Origin: Epiperipatus broadwayi
Lineage: Eukaryota; Animalia; Onychophora
DNA: 64,000 nt
Direction: 5' to 3'
Assembly: GCA_028023455.1 (NCBI GenBank)
Contig: JAQFVV010000003.1
Coordinates: 24,056,001 to 24,120,000, forward strand
Shown piece after piece: positions 27,401-39,605 of the stretch. Numbering within the stretch: position 1 is the stretch's first letter; each line of letters opens with the position of its first letter. Below the pieces are notes generated by a model. That model made no database searches, had not been told where the DNA came from, and worked only from the letters and a program-made list of their open reading frames with translations. A program made the position numbers and the translations under genes.

Positions 27401-27771
27401 AAGCCAATAAACATCACATGATCACCATTGCTCATGCTTATTTATAACTGTTATTAAAACAGGCAAACTCTCAAATAGAATATTGCCACTCAGTGCAAGT
27501 CAGAGTAATCAATGGATGCCAAAAGGCTTGTGCATAAAATCCTCTTCTAGTGCCTAATCATCCAATATTCCCAGATAAGTTTCTGGCTTATGGCCTTCAT
27601 CAGATCCAAGGCTCCTCATTGATGAAGGCCACAAGTCAGAAACTAGTCTGGGGATATTGGATGAGTAGGCACTAGATCGGGATTTTATGCACAAGTTCTT
27701 CTGAAATCCATTGATTACTCTGGCTTGCACTGAGTGGCAATACTGTATGGAGAGTTTTACCTGTTTTAATA
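27401..27771. mobile_element. Hammerhead repeat subfamily H1, fold-back locus B
   Basis: Antisense arm 27401-27603, sense arm ~27600-27771, joined at TCAG microhomology. Sense hammerhead TCCTCA TTGATGA AGGCCACAAGTCA GAAAC TA GTC TGGGGA (27613-27654). TSD ACACTTTTTTT / ACACTTTCTTT (27390-27400 / 27772-27782). Confidence 0.9.
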
Positions 27772-27956
27772 ACACTTTCTTTTTCTTTTTTTGCCATTTG
27801 ATGTTGAAACCCAAACAAGATACTTGTGATTCAAATTCTATGGTAGGTTCAGTGCCTTTGCCTGATTGATTTCTGCATAAACATACATTGTGTTTTATTA
27901 ATTACTTATCCATCTCAGTATTAAACTTTTAATGAATTATCAAATACATTAATACT

Positions 27957-28056
27957 AGTGATACTTGTTACAAAGATGAAACTAGGAAATTGTGCAAGTA
28001 AAGATTGTGGTATTTGTTACAAAGATGAAACTAAATAATTGTGCAAATAAAGATTT
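27957..28056. repeat. 49-bp tandem duplication
   Basis: TTGTTACAAAGATGAAACTA...TTGTGCAA.TAAAGATT at 27965 and 28014. Confidence 0.8.
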
Positions 28057-28414
28057 TCCCAAGTGCTTATAGTAATGATGTATATGAATTATAAAATAAC
28101 AAGAGTGATTATTAGTTTTCATTACATCTACATAGCACAATGTGTAAATTTTCCGATTAAAATTTAAAAAAATATATCTGTATATAAAAATATATCTAAT
28201 GATCTATTTATAATTTAAAAATTTAAAAGTTATGGTTCATATTTCTCTTTGAAAAGTTTCATGGCCCCTTGGGGGTAATGGCTAATAGTTTGAGCAGCTC
28301 TGCTTTAGCTTATCTCAATATTTTTTAAAAAAATAAAAATTATATATAAACCAAAATAAACAGAAAAAATAGCAAACTTGTAGCAAAATGATGTATTAAT
28401 TAGTTTTAAAATTT

Positions 28415-29159
28415 TTCATGAATACCATTCTTTATGCTTACACAAGCTGTTTTTCACAGAGGCAAAACTCTCCATACAGCATACAAACTAATGAGCTTAG
28501 ATTGAAAAGATTATTGTGTTTTCATTTGGAACTCAAGGCTTTATAGTTAGCTAAAAAGTAAAAGGTGGCTTCAGGAGGGTTGCATTAGATCCTAAGATCT
28601 AGGTGCAGTGCTTTCAGATTCAAAGCTCCTCACTGATGAAAGCTGCAAGCTAGAAACTAATCTATGGATATTGGAAGAGTAGTCACTAGATAGAGATTTT
28701 TATGCACAAACCTTCCTGCATCCATTGATTACTCTGGTTTGTATTGAGTGGTGCTACTGTATTGAGTGTTTTGCCTCTGTGAAAAACAGCTTGTATTAGA
28801 ATAAATAATGGTGATCATGTGATCTTTCATGGTTTAATATTAATCATGCCCAATAGAATTATGGTGACTGTGGTTATTAAAGAAACAAAAACACTAAAAA
28901 GTATGAATGCTGAACTGAGTTCAGATCTATACAAGCTAATGAGCCTAGCTTGAAAACATTATTGTGTTTTCAATTTGGACTCATAGCTTTATAGTTAGTT
29001 AAAAAGTAAAAGGTAGTTTCTGGAGGGTTGCATTAGATTCTAAGATCTAGGTGTAGGCTCCTCACTGATGACAGCTTTTATGCACAAACCTTCCTGTATC
29101 CATTGATTACTCTAGTTTGCACTGAGTGGCACTACTGTATGGAGAGATGTGCCTCTGTG
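28415..29159. mobile_element. H1 locus C: short inverted arm plus ~1.5 head-to-tail monomers (448-bp period)
   Basis: ATACAAACTAATGAGC at 28481 and ATACAAGCTAATGAGC at 28929. Hammerhead 28627-28668 (GTC to ATC); second CTGATGA at 29065 followed by a deletion. Perfect 13-bp TSD AGTTTTAAAATTT (28402-28414 / 29160-29172). Confidence 0.9.
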
Positions 29160-29819
29160 AGTTTTAAAATTTGTTAGCTTTAAAAATGGTTTTAATGTTT
29201 TTGTGCAAGCATCAATATTATCATTAGGAGATACTCTTAAAGGAATATGAAAATGACATCTGGATTTCGTACTGACATAACATACAAAAACACACTATAG
29301 GTGAGTTTTATAATAACTATAGAAATCAATTGTACCATAAATACATCTACATATATTAATGCTGATATTTTAGTTTATATGATATGCTGTCTTTTAATTT
29401 CTTTTGCAGTGTAATTTATTTTTTTAACTTGCCCTATTGTATCTCCATTATATTCTATCCTTGGCATATTTTCCCAGTGAAAACAATCTGCCTATATCAT
29501 GAAAAATATTCTTCATAACGTATCTTTTTAAAAAGTTTATCGTTTATTTGCTTCAATTATTACCCAATCCAATAAAATTCTAATATTAAGTAGACTGTAA
29601 AAGTTGCTGAAATTTTTTCTCCATATTAATTGTTAAATCAAAATTTTTGTAAGTTGCATTCAAAATAATAACATTCTATAGATCACTTTTAGAATTAATG
29701 AAAATAATATAATTATTTGCATATTTTAAATCTGGAAAGCAAAAAGATGAACTTTGTTGCTTTTGCATTTCATTGATTCAAATTAAAAATTCTATTATCA
29801 AATCTATAACTATTATCAA

Positions 29820-29909
29820 GTGTTGTTAGCCGAGAGGTCAGCACAGCCACTTTGCAAGCAAGTAGTTGGTTGCAAAACGGTTGTTGCGGGTTCGCCTCCC
29901 GGCTTATGC
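29820..29909 (+). pseudogene. tRNA-Gly-derived element with ~19-nt insertion, anticodon TGC
   Basis: A box TAGCCGAGAGG, B box GGTTCGCCTCC; colinear with the 484-555 copy (TCAGCACAGC, CAAGC, GTTGT..CGGGTTCGC.TCC.GGC). Confidence 0.65.
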
Positions 29910-31398
29910 TATAACATATTGAAAAATCTATAACTATCTTATTTTTGCTGTTCCAAAGACAACTGTCATATAAGTGGAAAATAAAGTTGAAACTAATAAT
30001 CATTTTTATTTAACATCAGATTTTATTTTAAATGCTTTAGATTTTTTTATAAGCTCCATTATACAGAAGCTGCATAAGATAAATATACTTTGTTGATAAT
30101 CAGCTTATTTCAAACATTTTCATAAATGTGTTTAATTGTTCAAATCTAATGCTTTGATCAAGTCTTTGTTGACTTGATTTCATTATCAATATATAAAACT
30201 TTTTTAAAAAAATATCTTTTCAATCATTTGCTTGACAACAAACAGTTCTTAAATTTTTTAATAATTCTATAAAACTGAATTGAAGGACTCGAGTATTTAC
30301 TTATTATTGGAAGGCGTCTATTCAAAAAAAGTCCTGGAATTATATTTTCTATAATGGATGATCATAGTATGCTATGATAATTACTGCAGTTTTTCTACCC
30401 CTTTATTTTGATAAATTGAAGCAAAAATAAAAATTCTTAAGACAGCATAGTTTCATGTTTTCATATATTTCTAAAAAGTTCCAATAGTTTTAAAAACAAA
30501 ATAATGCAACAATATTTTAAAACGATCTCAAGCATCTCATCAGAATATATAGTTTTTGCTATTTTGAGATTAAAAAGAATTGTTTTGAATTTACTAAGCT
30601 GCATATCTTTGTCCAAATATAAATGAACAGATAGGATATATTATTAAAAATTGTCTTTTCAATTCTTGTATTATTGTTTATAAGACGAATAAAATACTCT
30701 CCCTATTTGTTAAAAGTATCATTGTTATTGTAAAATAGAGCTCAATAAAAAATTTAATAGAAGTATAATATTTTTTTTTATATTCATATATTACTTTCAA
30801 TGTTTCAAATGAAAAATATAAATGATCTTGACCCATCAGTCATTTTTCAGCTCTCTTTTTACTATTGAAATTTTGCCTTTAAATTTTTATGTTGCTTATG
30901 AAGTGCTACAGTTTAATTTAGTTTTCATCAAACAAAAAAATGGCACGTTTCTCTTAAATACGCCAGTAATAGTAGCATCATTATTAATTCTCCATCATTT
31001 GTATATAATTCCTTTTGAAACTGATTTTAATAATAAATATTTATATGTAAACATGTACACACTATTAAATGTAATGTATATACATGCAATAGGTTCTGTA
31101 CACTTAATATAAACCATGTAACGACATACTTTACCGATAAAGATTATATTTAAAGTAATAACATTGTTAAAGAACTGATCAGGATTATTCTTTTTAGTCA
31201 ACTCTTAGTACACTCCTTAAGAGAATTCCATGGCTTAGTTACAAGCCAATCTCAAAAGTCCAAATTTATACTTTTAATGTTTAATACTTGTTGAGATTAG
31301 AACAAATAGTAGTTGGTTATGAAGAACAAACATTAAATTTCATAAAAATAAGATATAGACTAAGATATAATTTTAATGCAGCTATTATTTTAATCTTA

Positions 31399-32166
31399 TT
31401 CAAATAGGCGAAACTCTATACATATTGCCACTTCGTGCAAGACAGAGTAATCAATAGATGCCAGAAGGCTTGTCATAAAATCCCCATCTAGTGCCTACTT
31501 ATCCAATATCCTCAGACTAGTTTCTGGCTTGTGGCCTTCATCAGTGATGAACTTGGATCTGAAAGCACTACACCTAGATCTTAGGATCTAAGGCAACCCT
31601 CCAGCACCCACCTTTTATCTCTACTTAACTACAAAACTATGAGACTTAAATTGAAAACACCATAATATTTTCAATCCAAGCTCATTAGCTTATACAGTCA
31701 TATAGGTCTGAACTTAGTTCAGTACCTATACATTTTTGTGTCTTTGTTTCTTTAATAATCATAGCCACCATTATCCTATTAGGCAGGATTGGTTTTAAGC
31801 CAATAAACATCACATGATCACCACTTTATATGCTTGTTCTTAACTGTTATTCAAACAGGCAAAACTCTCTTTATGTATTGTCACTTAGTGCAAGCCAGAG
31901 TAATCAATGGATGCCAGAAGGCTTGTGCATTAGATCCTAATATCTAGGTGCATTGTTCTCAGATCCAAAGCTCCTCACTGTTGAAGGCCAAAAGCCAGAA
32001 ACTAGTCTGGGGATATTGGATGAGTGGGCACTAGATGGGGATTTTATGCACAAGCCTTCTGGCATTCATTGATTACTCTGGCTTGCACTAAGTGGCAATA
32101 TGTATAGAGAGTTTTGCCTGCTTGAATAACAGTTAAGAGCAAGCAAAAGAAATGGTGATTATGTGA
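31399..32166. mobile_element. H1 locus D: antisense ~1.2 monomers (453-bp period) plus sense arm
   Basis: Minus hammerhead 31509-31550 has an intact core; plus hammerhead 31972-32013 has CTGTTGA. Junction microhomology TGCAT at ~31926-31930. Perfect 13-bp TSD TATTTTAATCTTA (31386-31398 / 32167-32179). Confidence 0.92.
31509..31550 (-). ncRNA. Minimal type I hammerhead ribozyme, intact catalytic core
   Basis: TCATCA CTGATGA A GGC CACAA GCC A GAAAC TA GTC TGAGGA: all core nucleotides present, palindromic ACTAGT stem III, GUC cleavage triplet. Confidence 0.85.
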
Positions 32167-32566
32167 TATTTTAATCTTAGAGAGTACTTGTTCTATTTAA
32201 AAATCTGCATTTATAAGCACTATTATACAAACTATGGCCTGTGTTTGGGTATGAAGGCATCCAAGTTCATCTATAGTTTTTATTTGCCTAAATAAAGTTT
32301 TTGGAAATTACATATTATGAAAAAAATAATAATAATTGCATGCATAATGTATAAATTTATACTAAATCTATTGGTAGCTTGAAATAGAATAATAATTTGT
32401 GGTTTGATATAATATTAATTAAAGAATACTTTTATTTGTGTTTTCCTGAAGGTTTGTGATGATTGTGTTCTAGCTGTATTTTTATATTGAACTATTTTCA
32501 TCATCTAATATGTGTGTTGAATGTCTTTAGAAAAATTTAATTTTATTTAAATATTCCAAATACATT

Positions 32567-32734
32567 CAACTGTTAGTAATATTACAGCAAACATGTTAGT
32601 ATATACACCAACTGTTAGTAATATCACAGCAAACAGGTTAGTATATGCATCAACTGTTAGTAATATCACAGCAAACAGGTTACTATATGCACCAACTGTT
32701 AGTAATATCACAGCAAACAGGTTAGTATATGCAC
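32567..32734. repeat. 4 x 42-bp tandem array in the PLE-A copy 2 pLTR
   Basis: Unit CAACTGTTAGTAATATCACAGCAAACAGGTTAGTATATGCAC, directly abutting GTTTCG (the hammerhead GAAAC). Confidence 0.95.
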
Positions 32735-32772
32735 GTTTCGAGAGGTATTTTTCTTCCTTCTTCTTCAGGTGT
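32731..32772 (-). ncRNA. Minimal hammerhead in the PLE-A copy 2 pLTR, cleavage site altered
   Basis: ACAC CTGAAGA A GAAGG...CCTCTC GAAAC GTGC. Confidence 0.7.
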
Positions 32773-32783
32773 TGCTGGCCTGG

Positions 32784-32875
32784 TGACAGTACTAGCATGA
32801 GACACGAACCTGGGTCCTTAGATTTTTGATTATTGAATTTTAAGGTAACACTCTAAGCAACTGAGCCATCCTGCC
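32784..32875 (-). promoter_or_regulatory. tRNA-like module (A/B boxes) in the PLE-A copy 2 pLTR
   Basis: GGCAGGA TGGCTCAGTTGCTTAGAGT...GGTTCGTGTC...TACTGTC A: D stem GCTC/GAGT, acceptor-like 6/7 pairs. Confidence 0.7.
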
Positions 32876-33840
32876 AAAGGCAATAGTATGTAGTAATTTC
32901 ATATACTTATCTATGAGGTTCCTCCTGATTTTTACACTTTTTTCTAAGAGCAAAGTTGATAAGTGGTTTCATACATTATGTATAGTCACACTAGGTTGGC
33001 TTATGGGATTTTTTGCCATTGGCATGTGATCAGCTTCTTTAAATTTTCTTCTCTGTACCTTTTCTTCTCTATCCAATATTTTTGTATTTTCCCAGTCGAA
33101 CGTATGTTCATTGGTACATACATGGCCTGCTACCTTAGACACATCTGTTTTTTCTCTTCTAATCATAAATTTATGTTCTTGCAAGTGCTTTTCAATGGGA
33201 TAGCTGGTCTCACCAATATATGTTCTTCCACATTCACGTGGTATTTCATAGATGCAGTTTTTTTCTTTCCAGTATTTCAAGTTTAGGCTTTGTAGATGTT
33301 AGAATTCCTCTAGTGTTGTGTGGCTCTGCAAAGCTGTTCTGATGTTATACTGGTTGCAGAATTTCCTTAATTTGTCTGCTATTTTTGGAATGTATGAATA
33401 CACTATAGTACCAATAATTGTCTTCTCTCTTGATGGTTCTTTTTGTTGTCTGTTTAACATTTTCTTAATAACAGCCGATAGATAACCATTTTTCATAAGA
33501 GTTTGTTCTATATAATCTTTTCTTTTTCCAAATCGCTGCTTTCTGAACAAACTTTTTTTGCTCTTTTCCACAGTGATAGTATCCATGTTTTGTGTTCTGG
33601 TGTGATTGGATGTATAGGTTAGATATTTTCCTGTATGTGTAAGTTTTCAGTAAACTGTAGTTTTGATTTTGCCATGAGAGAATCTTGTCATGAGAACATC
33701 TAAGAATGCCAATTTTTGTTCTTGTTCTGATTCTATTGTGAATTTAATTGTAGGGGATATGTTGTTGATGTGTGTCCAGAAAGTTTGTAGCAATGCGTCA
33801 CCATGTGGCCATACAACAAATATATCATCCACTTAACAAA

Positions 33841-33920
33841 GCCAAACTTTAGGTGGATATGGAGTAGTTTTATGGCTGTGGCCAAACTTTAGGTGGATAT
33901 GGAGTAGTTTTATGGCTGTG
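33841..33920. repeat. 40-bp perfect tandem duplication that frameshifts the PLE RT just before the DD motif
   Basis: GCCAAACTTTAGGTGGATATGGAGTAGTTTTATGGCTGTG x2. Confidence 0.95.
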
Positions 33921-36282
33921 GTTTCAAGTTCTTCCATGTAAATATTGCTAATCAAGGGAGACAATGGTGAGCCCGTATCCATTCCTTGATTTTGTTGGAA
34001 GAATTCTGTGTTATATTGAAAGTAGGTTGTTTTTATACAGAATGTTAATAGTTCCATTATGCTATCAATAGGCAGAGCTGTTCTGGTTTGTAAACTATTA
34101 TCCATCATTTAATCTTTTTCTTACAATAGACAATGCTTCTTTACATGGTACATTCATGAATAGACTGTCCATATCAAAGTTTACTAGTAAGTCGGTTCTT
34201 TCGATTTTCATGTTCTTGATTAATTCTACAAAGCATCTAGAATCCCTGACAAAGAACTGGGTTTTGTATGCCAAAGGACTTAGAACTTTGAGAAGAAATT
34301 TTGCCAAATTCTGGCAAGGTGAATCTCTAGAACTAACAATAGGTCTTAAAGGGACATGATCCTTATGGATTTTAGGTAGACCATAAAGTTGAGGAATTTT
34401 GTTGAAATATGATGTTATTTTACTCTTTTCTGAATCAGTGAAGTACTTGCAATGCTTTCTGAGTGATGCTTGTAACTTTGTTTCCATACTTGGTATTGGA
34501 TCTTTTGTCACTTTTTTATATTGGTCTACTGTGAGGAGTTCTTGTATTTTGTTGTCATAATCAGTTGTATCCATTACAACTGTTGCATTGCTTTTGTCAG
34601 CAGGGAGAATAATTATAGATTTATCTGTTTTGAGATATTTAATTGCTTTCCTCTTCCCATAAGATATGTATGACTTCAATTTTTGTTGCTTGTAAATGTT
34701 CTTTTTATTCTGCTTCTTCTTCTAAAGGCAATTTTTGAGTCACTTCCTCAGTGGCTGTCATTATATCTAAGAAGGGGATATTAGATGGTGCTATGGCAAA
34801 TTTTAATCTTCTTTCAAGAACAGAAATTTCAGTATTTTTTAGATGTTTAGAACTTAGATTTTTAACAGATGAAGCTGTTACATTGCTTGGTGCATTATGA
34901 TTTTTGATATGCCCATGTAGGTTAGGAAGTTTCTTCTTTGGATATTTTTATTTTTGCATGTAATTTAGAATATGATTTTCTTACTGCTTGAGAAACTCTC
35001 ATGTAGTCATCCTCAGTAAGTTTATTTTTTAGAAGATATTCTACATTATTAATTGAATGCATTGTTTGATACTTAGAAAACCTTTGAGCATTTATTCTTT
35101 CTCTTAACAGAGCTTCACTTGCTCTCTTTGATATTACTAACAGTTGGTGCATATACTAACCTATTTGCTGAGATATTATTAACAGTTGAATGTATTTGGA
35201 TTATTTAAATAAAATTAAACTTTTCTAAAGACATTCAATTTAGATGAAAGAAATAGTCCAATATAAAAATACTTTTATTTGTTTAAAACTATTTTTATTT
35301 TATAATATATTAAATGTTTTGTGAAGTTTGAAGATAATTTTATCCATGAATCTCAGCTTCAATTCTATTAGTATTCAAATTTCTTAGAACTCCCAAATAA
35401 TAAATCATTTGGTGATCAATGTGATTTTTTTAAAAAGATTATTTTAATATTTTATTTAATTCAGTTTTAATTATAAGAAGATAAACTAAGGTTTACAAAA
35501 TGAAGAAAATGTGCAGTTTATTTCTTTGGAGCATATCTTCACAAATCTGTTTGAGTCACTTCTTTTTACCACACAAGCTTTAATACCTGCAGTTAATAAA
35601 AAAAAAATGACGAAGATAATAAGCCTGTTTTTTATTATTTAAATTTTATTATTAGCTAAACTGATGAAGGATTTTATTATGAAAATGTACAAGCTATATA
35701 AAAAGATTAATTGATAGACCTGAAAAATTCTTGATTTATAATTAAGAAATAAAAACTTCTTAGGCCAAATCCAAATGATAAATGGAAAAAAGAATTAGTT
35801 GTATAATTAAACAAAAGGAAAGAAAGAGAACACTGTCTTGAGATGGTTCATATAAATACGATATAATCTTGGATATTATATGTCAAGACGAAAATTATTT
35901 TGCTCTATAGTCAAGAGAAGACTATGGTTTGCATAACATTGGACACTTCCTAAATTTCAAATAATAAGTAAGAATTAATACTTTACTGACACTTATTTCC
36001 GAACATGTGCAAGCGTTTAGTTCAGAAATTAGTGACTCGTGATATGTAACTTAATTGATGAATAAATTTAACAATGTAAAATCTTTTTTGAATTAATGTT
36101 TGATCTATATAGACTTCTCTTTTAAAGTCTTATTAAGAAAATGATTAGTAATCTGAATTTTATTTACTTATATTTGCTTTTATGTTTCTCTCTCTCACTA
36201 AATACTCGCACATATTTAATATATATATTTTCTATTTTGAATTTGCTATTATTTTATTTTATATTACTGTTATTGTTTTTAG

Positions 36283-36354
36283 ATTTCTGCATAATAATAA
36301 ATTAACCCGTGTTCCACCCGGAACATTTAAAAATACACTGACTTTACGCCGATT
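36283..36354 (+). CDS. PXDN: Peroxidasin LRR exon (FLHNNKLTRVPPGTFKNTLTLRRL)
   Basis: TTTTTAG acceptor, GTAAGT at 36355, 72 bp, phase 2; matches [24 protein letters not shown]. Confidence 0.92.
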
Positions 36355-36739
36355 GTAAGTATTAACGTACAAAGTATTTATATTCTATTTTTTTTTAAAT
36401 ATATATATATGTTACATTTTATTACTAATATACAGAACTTAAGTTATTTGTATTAATAATTTTATTTTAAAATCAAACAAAACAATAAATTATATATTCC
36501 TCTTGCACTTTTTAACAATGCTTTTTATTAGTTTATTTCTGTCAGTTTTGACATTCCATTATTAATATTATTATTATTATGATGATGGTGTTTCAAAGAA
36601 AAACTCTATTGATGACTAAAGAGTTACATTTGCTATAAGCCACTCTGTATACATATGTTTACATTGCTAGCGGATGGATCATGTTAGGTGTGTATATGTA
36701 AAAAAACAAAAAAAAAGTGTCGGGGGGGGGGGGAGTATT

Positions 36740-38475
36740 TAATCATTGTTGTGTTTGTTAACCGCATTTTTTAGAATTATAAGTTTTTGGTAGGAATGGT
36801 AGTTAATATATTTATTTGCCAGTTTATCTTTGAATATATGTTGGGCAGATGCCTTTGAGGGGGGTGCAGATACATATATATATATGTTACATTTGTGAGC
36901 ATTACTTCCTGTAATCTGAGTTCTTAAAAATCTCAAACATCCACATATATATTCATTGTGCTGCTGAGTTTAGTATGCTTTCAAGTGTTTAAGTCTTCAT
37001 TTTGTTGTTACAGTCCTCTATGTCAATAGTATCTTTTGGAGAAAATAATTTGTTGTTGTCCTAGATTGGTGGATATACGAGATCACCTTAGTGGTTTGAT
37101 TGTTGTGTTGTCAGTGACCTAGTTGTTGTACAAAAATTTCTGGATGTGGGTTTTTATTGCCTCTGGCTCATAATTTTGCCAGTTTGATATTAAATGTTGA
37201 ACATCACCTTGTGTTGTTACCTAAAGCAAATTTGCAACAAGTGTACCAGTGAGCATAAAGCACAAAGGTGGCTGCACAGACTGATGGAGTAGAGTCTTTG
37301 TAATATGAGTTAATTATCTGAAGGGGGTGTTAGGTTGTCTATATGCTCTTATCATGATATAGTGAATTCTGTCTAGTGCTGAACGATGATAAAAAAAAAT
37401 ATTGCTGTGTTTCTTTAGCCCTATGGCATAGTGAGCAAAAAAGATCAATATTGGTTTACAATCTCCAGTATCTCAGAAAATATAACATGGGTAGTGCATG
37501 AAGATTTAATCTCAATAGAAAATCAAAGTATTTTGGCTCCAGAGTCCATTTTTTAAACTTACAGAGTAATTTGTGATTGTTGATTCTAAGCATTATCAGA
37601 TTGGTGTCGTGGTTGGAATTTGGATGGATTATGAATAAATTTGTCAGCAGGAGTACTTGTATATTATTTGAAGAGATATAGGTGCAAACATGGTTTTATA
37701 TACTTGATGATGAATGATCATTGGTAATAGGTGGGGAATGGCCTCTCTGTTGGTGTTATTTGACTAAGGCATTGAAGCATATTAAAATCTGTTATTCTGA
37801 CTTTCATTCCAATTGTATGTGGGGTTTCTTTGCATTTCAAGATTTGTTAGTTGTTGATTTTCATTGTGCGGGCTATATATTGTTGGAGTTTCATTGGTTA
37901 GTCAGATAGGAGTGATATCTATTGGTGACCAGTCTTCTATTTGTATTTTGGTTGACATTGATGCACTGTTATGCTCTTCTGTCTTTGGTTTTTTATTGTT
38001 TTTGTTTGGCTCTATTTTACTTAGTTCGACTTGTGAAAGGCATGGCATGAATGCTTCCCTGATATATGTTGATGTGTTATTTTTTATTGTGTAGGTAATG
38101 TTTGTTTTACTGGTACTTTGTGTTACCCTGTAAGTGCTTTGTGATATTTCAGTTCGGTTGATATTTGCTTCATTCAGGTGTATGTTTTGACACTTGTTTG
38201 TGTTATTTGGAACTGATTGTGTGACATTTGGAATTATGTACTGTATATTGTTGGATTCATTTATTCCTCTGTTTTGTTTTTTGGCAGTTTGATCTGTGAG
38301 AGGTAGTAATAGTGATTCTTCAGATAGAGAAGTTGTTTGCATATCTGAATTTGTGTTAACTATGTGTGTTGGTGATATCTTGTTTGTGTGTGGTTGAATC
38401 TTGTTTGTATGTGATTAAACTGATTATTTGTCTGTTATGAGTGTAGACTCTTTTTGTTATCACAGTTTTTCCAGA
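36740..38475 (-). mobile_element. L1/Tx1-like relic: low-complexity S/T/N/Q-rich region followed by a C-terminal zinc-finger region, no RT core seen
   Basis: ORF 37902-38342 is low complexity; ~37390-37510 gives LNLHALP...FCSLCHRAKETQQYFF (zf-RVT-like). Confidence 0.5.
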
Positions 38476-39454
38476 TGATGATGATTATTATTATTATTGT
38501 TGTTGTTATTGTTTATATAAACACTAATAATTATTTTAATATTTTTTTATATATAAAAAAAAAAGGTAAAGAAAGGGGGAGGGGGAAAATTAATATTAAT
38601 AAGAAAAAGGAATGGAAAATTTTAAAAAGTTAAAATTCTGAAACAGTTTTTTTATTAAATAACAATATAAAATGATAATTTCTACTGCAAAACAAAATTA
38701 TTAATTTAGCAGCTTTAAATTAGAGGCAAATCTTGTAATAAAAAAAAAATTAGAATGCATACAGTATTTATGAATAATTACAAAATTATAGTTTTTACAT
38801 TGTATTTATAATAAAAACGTATTCTTACTTTCAAATTTTATTTAATAATAATAACTGAATAGTTTATTTGTTTGGAATGTTATGTGATATTTGAGTACCA
38901 GCTTTAATCTTTTATTCATTGGATTTATAATCCTACATTATACCACTGCACTAAAATGCACAGAGTATTTTATTTTATGTATTCTCATGATTAGTTCAGT
39001 CAATATTAAAAGGTAATTGGCTATAAAACAATCTGAAAATGTAGTTTGCAATCCTAAATGGATAATCTGAACAGTTTTAAATGTTAATTTAATATCTAGA
39101 TATCTTAAATATCTTTAAGCATTAAAAGTTAACATTATAAAGTCTTAAGTTTGTTTGTTGTTTTTCTTCATATTTTCTTTATAGAAATGTATATTTTAAA
39201 TCACTTTTGATCATGATCTTATTCAGTAATTGTAGAACATTATGAAAATTTCTCCAAACCTTCATAAAAGTTTGTTAAATATAAACACCTCATGATCATT
39301 CTATTTGATTTAAAAGTATATAATAGCAATTTGCATGGCAACATGAAAGTAATGATATATACTGTATTATCAATAGTAATATGAACTATGATCAGAGAAG
39401 CAGTAATTCAAAAGATTTTTTTTCCAAATTCATCTATTAAAAGACTGAGAAGTT

Positions 39455-39510
39455 CAAAGCTTTTTACTAATGAAAGCCAATAGTCAGAAACTAATCTAGG
39501 AATGTGAATA
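39455..39510 (+). mobile_element. Degenerate H1 hammerhead relic
   Basis: CAAAGCT..ACTAATGA AAGCCAATAGTCA GAAAC TA ATC TAGGAA. Confidence 0.6.
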
Positions 39511-39605
39511 TAGGATATAGCATTATCATCTAACACTTATTAATTATTAAAACTTACTATAGCTCTAGAGTAGGGCAAATTAAATAAATTATAGCCTTTA
39601 ACAAC

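Larger units (their letters stand above)
25750..28302 (-). mobile_element. Buster/Charlie-type hAT transposase relic, interrupted by hammerhead locus B
   Basis: Minus strand: KYD..YL, LSNDCM, IAKTKKTYMIAED, SNETIKKRI, FAIQLDELTD, QEMDANYE..LYHTEIR. TIR-like CAGAGCTGCTCAAAC (28288-28302) next to CTTTAGCT (nnnTAnnn). The left end was not located. Confidence 0.75.
32440..35267 (-). mobile_element. Penelope-like retroelement family A, copy 2 (5'-truncated, frameshifted) with inverted terminal copy
   Basis: ORF pieces 32969-35152 with LPKIHK, QGMDTGSPLSP, DDIFV and CIYEIP.ECGRTYIGET. 35130-35267 is the reverse complement of ~32480-32627. 15-bp TSD AATACTTTTATTTGT (32425-32439 / 35268-35282). Confidence 0.93.

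Noticed and set aside
30270-30300. TTGAAGGACTC.GAGTATTT match to the PLE-A 3' UTR
   Set aside because: About 20 nt only, no flanking homology.
32054-32063. GCCTTCTGGC complementary to both sides of hammerhead stem II as a possible inhibitory switch
   Set aside because: Locus C changes stem II without a matching change here, so there is no covariation support.
32567-32734. CRISPR-like array
   Set aside because: Contiguous tandem units without unique spacers, no cas genes, eukaryotic context.
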